Assembly: GCF_018398935.1 (NCBI RefSeq)
Contig: NZ_CP074694.1
Location: forward strand, 4,860,001 to 4,892,000
Direction: 5' to 3'
Origin: Telmatocola sphagniphila
GTDB taxonomy: Bacteria > Planctomycetota > Planctomycetia > Gemmatales > Gemmataceae
DNA: 32,000 bases
In this document: piece after piece, positions 26,181 through 32,000 of the stretch
How positions within the stretch are numbered: position 1 is the first letter of the stretch
How the letters are laid out: each line of letters begins with the position of its first letter
Position numbers and translations under genes: made by a program
The notes under the pieces: model-generated
Seen by the model: only the letters and a program-made list of their open reading frames with translations
What the model was told of the DNA's origin: nothing
The model's database searches: none

Positions 26181-28292
26181 ATGCACAGCTACCGTCTATT
26201 CAGTCTGATGATCCTCTGCTGCAGCCTGATTGGTTTGGTCGGCAGCGAAGCATTCCCCGCACAACCTCCCGACGGTAAGAAAGACAAAAAGGGTGGTAAG
26301 GCCGGCAAATCTAAAACGAGTGATCCCCGAGCCTCCAAAGTACGTCCCTTTCAGGATCTCTGGATTCCCCCAATTCTCGAAGGCAAAACCCTGGACCTAT
26401 CGCTCGCCAAGTATCAACGTCTTTTTCTGGAGGATAAAGCGACGCCCACCTACGGCTATAACGGACACAAATTCTGGGGACCGACGCTGATTCTGAACCA
26501 GGACGACACCGTTCGCATCAACGTTAAAAATGAACTGGAGGAAGTCACCACCGTACACTGGCATGGGCTCCATCTCCCGGCGGCGACGGACGGCGGACCC
26601 CATCAATTAATCCAACCGGGAGAAACCTGGAGCCCGACCTTCACCGTCAAAAACAATGCCGGCACCTACTGGTATCATCCCCATCCCCACGAAAAGACGC
26701 AAAAACAACTTACCCTGGGAGCCGGTGGCCTCATCATCATTCGCGATCCCATCGAAGCTAAAATCGATTTGCCCCGGACCTATGGAATCGACGATATTCC
26801 CCTGGTTCTGAGCAGTCGGAGATTCAAAACCGACAATCAGTTCAGTTACGAAGGGGATAACGACAAGTACGGGGATTTTCTGCTCGCCAATGGTACGATG
26901 GATGCCCAAATCAGCCTGCCAGCCCAATTCGTGCGACTGAGAATTCTGAATGCAGAAATCGAAAGAGGTTACGAATTGGGCTTTGCGGACAACAGGACTT
27001 TTTATCAGATAGCCACCGATGGCGGGTTGGTCGAAAAGCCGGTTCCTCTTAAGCGTTTGAAGCTCATGGTCGGCGAGCGGGTCGAACTACTCGTGGATCT
27101 GAGTGATAAAGATCCCCAATCCAGCCTCGATCTGATGGCTTACAATGCCGGACAGTCTTTCGGCTTCCCAGGAGGAGAACCGGACAAAGGCCCACCCAAC
27201 GGCAGCTATTTCAACGACAAAGATTTTCGAATTCTGCGAATCAACCTCACTGCCCCGACCCAAAAGCGCGTGACCAAATTGCCTGAAACCCTGACGGTTA
27301 ATCGCTTTCCCAGCGAATCGGAAGTGAGCACTCGCCGAAATCTTCAGGTGACGGCCGGTCGCCCTCGATTTTCCTTCGACAACAAATTCTATGACATGCA
27401 TTCGACGAATCAGATTGTAAAGCTGGGTGCTGTGGAATCCTGGACCATCACCAACAACAACATTTTCGGGCACTCCTTTCACATCCACGATGTGCAGTTC
27501 AAAATTGTCGCCCGAGGAAACGAGGCTCCCGCAGAATACGAGCGCGGCTGGAAGGATACCGTCTATCTGCCGCGCGGGAAAAGCGTTACTTTCCTGGCCA
27601 AATTCGAAGATTACGCCAGCGATACCGATCCGTTTATGTACCACTGCCACATGGCCAATCACGAGGATGGGGGAATGATGGGACAGTTCCTGGTTTCGAA
27701 GAATCCAGCGGCTCTGAAAAAAGATGCCAATGGGATGGTGCGGATACCCGATCGTAGCGAGCATCCCCTCACCACCGAGATGATTACGGCCGCCGATCAG
27801 CAGAAACAGAAACCGGCCCCCGATTTTCGCGTCCAGGATATCTCGGGTCAAACCCTTCAGCTCGCGTCATTAGTCGAAAAGAAGCCGGTTCTGCTAATTT
27901 TCATTGAACGAGATTGTCCTTGTTCCCGGGAATCCGCCGGCTATTTTGAAAAAATCAGTCAGGCGTATTCCAGCACCTGTAGCGTGGTAGGGGTCATCAA
28001 CGCGGAAACCCAAACCGCTCAAAAGTGGGCGAAGAGTGTCGGCTGCCACATTTCGCTTATAGCAGATCCAAATTTGAAAATCATCCGGGACTATCAGGCC
28101 GAGCGGAGCGTTTACACCACCCTGATAGCCCCGGGAGGGAAAATTGAAAAAACCTATCCCGGGTACAGTACGGACATCCTGCAGGAAATTTCCCTGTCCG
28201 TAGCACGGCTCGGGCGGGTGACCCCTCAAACGGTTTCCTTTGAGGGAGCCCCAAAGCGATTGAAATCTGGGTGCCCCTTCGTCGAAGAGTAG
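26181..28292 (+). CDS. Three-domain multicopper oxidase (CueO-like) fused to a C-terminal thioredoxin-fold (redoxin-like) domain
   Basis: ATG 26181 opens a signal peptide (MHSYRLFSLMILCCSLIGLVGSEA). The copper ligand motifs are VHWHGLH, YWYHPHPH, HSFHIHD and HCHMANHEDGGMM. The last ~165 aa (from ~27800) read like an AhpC/TSA/TlpA-type domain (APDFRVQDISGQTLQLASLVEKKPVLLIFIERDCPCS), with CPC at 27915-27923. Confidence 0.85.
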   Translation: MHSYRLFSLMILCCSLIGLVGSEAFPAQPPDGKKDKKGGKAGKSKTSDPRASKVRPFQDLWIPPILEGKTLDLSLAKYQRLFLEDKATPTYGYNGHKFWGPTLILNQDDTVRINVKNELEEVTTVHWHGLHLPAATDGGPHQLIQPGETWSPTFTVKNNAGTYWYHPHPHEKTQKQLTLGAGGLIIIRDPIEAKIDLPRTYGIDDIPLVLSSRRFKTDNQFSYEGDNDKYGDFLLANGTMDAQISLPAQFVRLRILNAEIERGYELGFADNRTFYQIATDGGLVEKPVPLKRLKLMVGERVELLVDLSDKDPQSSLDLMAYNAGQSFGFPGGEPDKGPPNGSYFNDKDFRILRINLTAPTQKRVTKLPETLTVNRFPSESEVSTRRNLQVTAGRPRFSFDNKFYDMHSTNQIVKLGAVESWTITNNNIFGHSFHIHDVQFKIVARGNEAPAEYERGWKDTVYLPRGKSVTFLAKFEDYASDTDPFMYHCHMANHEDGGMMGQFLVSKNPAALKKDANGMVRIPDRSEHPLTTEMITAADQQKQKPAPDFRVQDISGQTLQLASLVEKKPVLLIFIERDCPCSRESAGYFEKISQAYSSTCSVVGVINAETQTAQKWAKSVGCHISLIADPNLKIIRDYQAERSVYTTLIAPGGKIEKTYPGYSTDILQEISLSVARLGRVTPQTVSFEGAPKRLKSGCPFVEE

Positions 28293-28296
28293 ACCC

Positions 28297-28788
28297 CTAC
28301 TCGGCTGCGGGTGCAGGTGGCACGGCTGGCGTTTCCGCTGGAGCTGATTCGGTCGGCTGGGGGGCTTCGATTCCGGTGCCTTGGGTCTTGTGGATTTTGT
28401 CCAGGACTCCGTTGACGAACGAAGGAGAATCCTGCGAGCCAAACCGGCGGGCCAGTTCGATGGCTTCATCGAGTGCCACGGGTGCGGGGGTGGAATCGCT
28501 CAGGTGCAGCATCTCGTAAGAGCCGAGGCGAAGCACATTGCGATCGACTCCGGCCATGCGGTGCAGCTTCCAGTTGTCCGCCGCCGCGCTAAGCCCTTTG
28601 TCTATTTCTTCCAATTTGCCCAAAACTCCGTCGTAGAGCTGCAAAGCAAACGGAATAAGCGATTTATCCCGCAAACGGTCCCCCACGAATCGCTCGACTT
28701 CGGCCCGCTGAGTATTTTTGTTGAAGTCTTTTTGAAAGAGCAGCTGCATCGCCACTTCACGAGCTTTAGAACGTTTGGTCATCGTCAC
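28297..28788 (-). CDS. nusB: Transcription antitermination factor NusB
   Basis: SKAREVAMQLLFQKDF, VDRNVLRLGSYEMLH, PAPVALDEAIELARRFGSQDSPSFVNGVLDKI. A ~25-aa Pro/Ala-rich C-terminal tail follows. The stop lies 4 nt from the convergent MCO stop. Confidence 0.88.
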   Translation of the reverse strand: MTMTKRSKAREVAMQLLFQKDFNKNTQRAEVERFVGDRLRDKSLIPFALQLYDGVLGKLEEIDKGLSAAADNWKLHRMAGVDRNVLRLGSYEMLHLSDSTPAPVALDEAIELARRFGSQDSPSFVNGVLDKIHKTQGTGIEAPQPTESAPAETPAVPPAPAAE

Positions 28789-29059
28789 CCAGAGAATGAA
28801 AAAGCTGCAAAATTAAATCGACATTATCATTTTATGAAATTGCGGAACGAGCTTCCTATCTTCTCTTCGGGTTGTCAGATTTCAGGACATTTGATACATA
28901 TTGGGGGCCCCAGTAAGCCGAAGTAGATAGAGGGTTCTACAGGCTTTCCGGGGAGGCGAGACATTGCAGGGGCAGGGGTCATCGGATTTCAAACGATTTC
29001 CTTCCACAGAGGATTCCATTCCGAATCTTCCCGTGCGCCCCAACTTTGTCATTCGCCAA

Positions 29060-30964
29060 ATGAAGGATTTCAGCTCACCCCAGCGTGCCGTCTTGAAGAT
29101 CAAAGGATTGATCCGTCGTTTTTTGATTTTCTACAGCGATCTGCGCTTTGGTAAAATGCCGCTGACGTTCGAAAATCCTTTCCATCTCCCATTGATTAAT
29201 GGCGTCCTTCGCCGTGCCCGTTTGTCGGCACTTTCGGCCGATCCTAAACAATTGAATGGAACGGAAGCCACAGCCGCCCGTTATATACTGGCCCGCTACC
29301 TCGAAGATGTCGCTTTGAGGAATCGGTTCCCACTGGGCTTGGCCGAAAACGACCAAGGCGGCTTGTGCGAGGCTCTCTGCAGCGAATTTCAGGCAAATGC
29401 CACGGCCGTGGATAACATTCGGACGGCTTTTGCACGCCAGCTGGGCGCCCGCCCCTTACAAGCTTTCGATCACTATCTGGACTGGCACGAGAAATTTCCG
29501 CTGAGTCTGACCCCGGCCGGTTCCCGTAGATACATGGAATTTCTGTTGCGCAACCGGGTTACCGTCCACCTCAGCATCGAAGAGATTCTCTGGTTCCATC
29601 TGCAAAACGCCGCCGACCCCTACAAGGGAATCATTTCGACCTACCTGCGCATGCCGCTGTGGCAACAGAAATTTCCCAACGGCCTGTCGAAGGCTGAGTT
29701 TGAAGAGATGCTGGAATGGATCGACTGCCATTACAAACTCGGCAGTCCTCTTTGGCTCAGTCGGGTTCCCGATCCGAAAAATTTCGAACAATGCCAGGCG
29801 GAACGCTCGGGTCGAACGGTCGTCCGAAAGGAAAAACCGCTGGATCTGGGTGCCAACGTGCTGGCTCATTTCCGCTACGCCTCCGGCCTGCAGGAGGCCG
29901 CGTTGAATACCGTCCGGGCTCTGGAAGCGGTCAAGTTGCCGCACACGCTGCGCGACGTGCCCGTGGCCAAATCTCTGGATCAGCCCGGTAGGGAACATCT
30001 GCTCGGCCAGGAAGTGTTCGACTTTTCGCTGCTGCATCTGGCCCCCATTCCCAATCCGGTTCTGCATTACCCCAAGGCCGGCCTGTGGCAGAGGCCCGGC
30101 GTACATCGCGCGGGGATCTGGTACTGGGAACTGGAAGTCATCCCGGAAGAGTGGCCGGCCCATGCCCGGGAATTGAACGAAATCTGGGCCCCGACCCGAT
30201 TCATTCATCAGGCCATGAGCAAGGTCATGCCGGTGCCCGTCGTCCCGATGCTGCCCGGCGTGCCCGTACCGGTCGCTCCTCAGCTACCCCGACAGAACTT
30301 CGGGCTCGATCCGAACAAATTCCTGTTCCTGTTCATGTTCGATATGAACAGCGTCATGGAACGGAAAAATCCCCTAGGTCTGATCGAGGCCTATCGCCGG
30401 GCCTTCGGGAATAGTCGATCGACGCAACTGGCTATCAAGGTGTCGCGCGGCAAATCAGATCCCGAATCCTACGCCCGATTGACCGCAGCCGCGGCCACAG
30501 TCGGCGGAGTGCTGATCGATCGGGTGATGACCCGCGAAGAATGCTACGGCCTGATGAACTGTTGCGACGCCTACGTTTCGTTGCATCGCTCGGAAGGTTT
30601 CGGACTGACCATCGCCGAAGCGATGCTGCTGGGCAAGCCGGTGGTCGCCACGGCCTATTCGGGCAACCTCGATTTCAATACACCCGAAAATTCGAAACTG
30701 ATTCCCTTCGACCTGATACCGATCACTCAGGCCAGCCCTGTTTATCCCAAAGGCGGTTACTGGGCCGAGCCTTCGATCAGCGCCGCCGCGGAAGCTATGA
30801 AGTGGCTCTACGAAGATGCCGCCGGTCGGCAGGCGATAGCCCGTCGCGGCGAAGCGGATGCTCGAAAGATTCTCTCCCTCGAAGCCTATGGCCACCGCAT
30901 CCAGTCTCATCTGCGGGAACTCAAAGAATTGGGATATGGCACCTCGCGATCGCAAGCGGCTTGA
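29060..30964 (+). CDS. Glycosyltransferase (GT4 / Glycos_transf_1 type C-terminal domain) with a ~380-aa N-terminal region of unknown function
   Basis: The C-terminal catalytic signature is YVSLHRSEGFGLTIAEAMLLGKPVVATAYSGNLDF (EX7E type). The start is uncertain: ATG 29060 is chosen, ATG 29156 (MPLTFENPF) is equally possible, and the ORF-track start at 28964 is a TTG. Confidence 0.75.
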   Translation: MKDFSSPQRAVLKIKGLIRRFLIFYSDLRFGKMPLTFENPFHLPLINGVLRRARLSALSADPKQLNGTEATAARYILARYLEDVALRNRFPLGLAENDQGGLCEALCSEFQANATAVDNIRTAFARQLGARPLQAFDHYLDWHEKFPLSLTPAGSRRYMEFLLRNRVTVHLSIEEILWFHLQNAADPYKGIISTYLRMPLWQQKFPNGLSKAEFEEMLEWIDCHYKLGSPLWLSRVPDPKNFEQCQAERSGRTVVRKEKPLDLGANVLAHFRYASGLQEAALNTVRALEAVKLPHTLRDVPVAKSLDQPGREHLLGQEVFDFSLLHLAPIPNPVLHYPKAGLWQRPGVHRAGIWYWELEVIPEEWPAHARELNEIWAPTRFIHQAMSKVMPVPVVPMLPGVPVPVAPQLPRQNFGLDPNKFLFLFMFDMNSVMERKNPLGLIEAYRRAFGNSRSTQLAIKVSRGKSDPESYARLTAAAATVGGVLIDRVMTREECYGLMNCCDAYVSLHRSEGFGLTIAEAMLLGKPVVATAYSGNLDFNTPENSKLIPFDLIPITQASPVYPKGGYWAEPSISAAAEAMKWLYEDAAGRQAIARRGEADARKILSLEAYGHRIQSHLRELKELGYGTSRSQAA

Positions 30965-31113
30965 TCCCGCGAAATCTCGAAAATTCTATTATCGCCCCTT
31001 CAAATCAAATGTTTTGAAATCTCTGACTCTCACGAGCGTTCTTTATTCGTTGCGACAACGTCGAGTTTCGGCTAAACTTGACCCACATCGAAGGCTCTCG
31101 CGGGAATGGGTTT

Positions 31114-32000
31114 ATGGATTCGCCAGTAAATGCCCTGAAAAACTGGGCCAAGTGGACCTTTTCCTTTTCAAATAATCGGGAAGCCTGGCGCGAACGAATC
31201 TGCCTCTTCTCTCTGGTTCTGCTGAGCGTTCTTCTTTTCGCTTTTTACGGTGCTATTCCCGGTCCGCTGAAACTGATTCTGTCCCTGGTGATGGTGTTTC
31301 TGTTCGCCTACGCCGCCCGCAACGGGGCTCTTCGCCTCTTTGGACCAGTGCTGGCCTACGACATGCTGCGGATCGGCCGACGGCGACTCAACTTCACTTT
31401 GCGAACCTCCTATGCGTTGCTTCTGGGCTTCATGCTGGCCTGGATGTACTACTTCACCACCGCGCGTTTCGCTCACAGCGCGGACGGCCTGATCCCCCCC
31501 AAGGAACAAGCCTGGATCGGCGAGACCGTTTTTATTTCCTTCATGGTCATCCAATTCGTGCTGCTGGCACTGCTGACGCCGGGTTACGTGGCGGGGGCGA
31601 TTTCCGAGGAAAAAGAACGTAAAACCCTCGAGTTTTTACTCGCCACCGATCTCCGCAATCGGGAGATCATTTTCGGGAAGTTCGTCAGCCGCATCGCCAA
31701 TCTGCTGTTCTATCTTCTGGCCGGCCTGCCGGTCCTGAGCCTGATTCAACTCTTCGGCGGCATCGATCCGGAATTCCTGCTGCTGACATACGCCTTGACG
31801 CTGATGACTATTCTTAGCGAAGCCTCCGTCAGCATGGCCGCTTCGACGATGACCCGCCGCGCCCGGGATGCCATCGCTCTAAGTTACCTCTCAATCATTG
31901 CCTATCTGGCACTTACCGGGGTAGCGCAATTACTACGCGCGTTAAGTTGGGCCGGTACGCCTCTCGAGCTGGCGGGATTCAAACTCACTCTGGTCGATTT
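31114..32000 (+). CDS. ABC-2 type transporter permease; 3' end lies outside the window
   Basis: This is my own translation from ATG 31114, and the frame is open to the window end, so it is absent from the ORF track. The product begins MDSPVNALKNW and has multiple TM helices and the ABC-2 permease motif GAISEEKERKTLEFLLATDLRNREIIFGKF. The listed antisense ORF 31168..31554 is therefore spurious. Confidence 0.7.
   Translation, partial: MDSPVNALKNWAKWTFSFSNNREAWRERICLFSLVLLSVLLFAFYGAIPGPLKLILSLVMVFLFAYAARNGALRLFGPVLAYDMLRIGRRRLNFTLRTSYALLLGFMLAWMYYFTTARFAHSADGLIPPKEQAWIGETVFISFMVIQFVLLALLTPGYVAGAISEEKERKTLEFLLATDLRNREIIFGKFVSRIANLLFYLLAGLPVLSLIQLFGGIDPEFLLLTYALTLMTILSEASVSMAASTMTRRARDAIALSYLSIIAYLALTGVAQLLRALSWAGTPLELAGFKLTLVD

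Noticed and set aside
27087-30208. Minus-strand ORFs 27087..27851 (254 aa), 27894..28469 (191 aa) and 29456..30208 (250 aa), and plus-strand ORF 28381..28926 (181 aa)
   Set aside because: They are antisense to the multicopper oxidase, nusB and glycosyltransferase genes respectively, and their products show no motifs.
31168-31554. A 128-aa minus-strand ORF near the window end
   Set aside because: It is antisense to a plus-strand frame that is open to the window end and encodes a convincing ABC-2 permease, with TM helices and the EEKERKTLEFLL motif.

Overview
This 32-kb chromosomal window is almost certainly from a Planctomycetota genome. The main evidence is a PSCyt/DUF1549/DUF1553 gene paired with a Tat-signal DUF1501 gene, plus many secreted hypothetical proteins and a mid-range, patchy GC content. 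Left to right, the window holds: (1) a three-gene MacB/DevCAB-like ABC exporter operon (permease, ATPase, HlyD adaptor); (2) a secreted TlpA-like thioredoxin with a long unknown N-terminal domain; (3) a small zinc-ribbon membrane protein; (4) gnd; (5) a DUF885 protein; (6) a complete type-A RNase P RNA gene (rnpB). About 1.07 kb downstream of rnpB lies a degenerate second copy of its 3' third, and the two copies bracket a single small membrane-protein gene. Next comes a lower-GC two-gene block, an EF-hand-like secreted protein and a large CarboxypepD_reg-repeat/helical-repeat protein. The large gene has lost its 5' end at the edge of a ~3.7-kb mobile element. That element carries two different DDE (rve) transposases and two paralogous OrfA-like HTH/leucine-zipper genes. 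One OrfA-like gene is frameshifted, and the other has an IS3-style A9 slippery run. After an AT-rich 0.4-kb orphan spacer come a YXWGXW-repeat secreted protein, a YflT/glycine-zipper stress protein, the DUF1501 and PSCyt-DUF1549-DUF1553 pair, and glutathione peroxidase. These are followed by a multicopper oxidase fused to a thioredoxin-fold domain with a CPC motif, nusB, a GT4-type glycosyltransferase with a long N-terminal domain, and the start of an ABC-2 permease. I found no CRISPR array, tRNA, rRNA, recognisable defence system, tyrosine or serine recombinase, or phage structural genes. The observations most worth following up are the rnpB 3'-end duplication (a possible integration scar), the unusual two-transposase element with its truncated target gene, and the MCO-thioredoxin fusion. 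All family assignments come from motifs read by eye; no database search was run.
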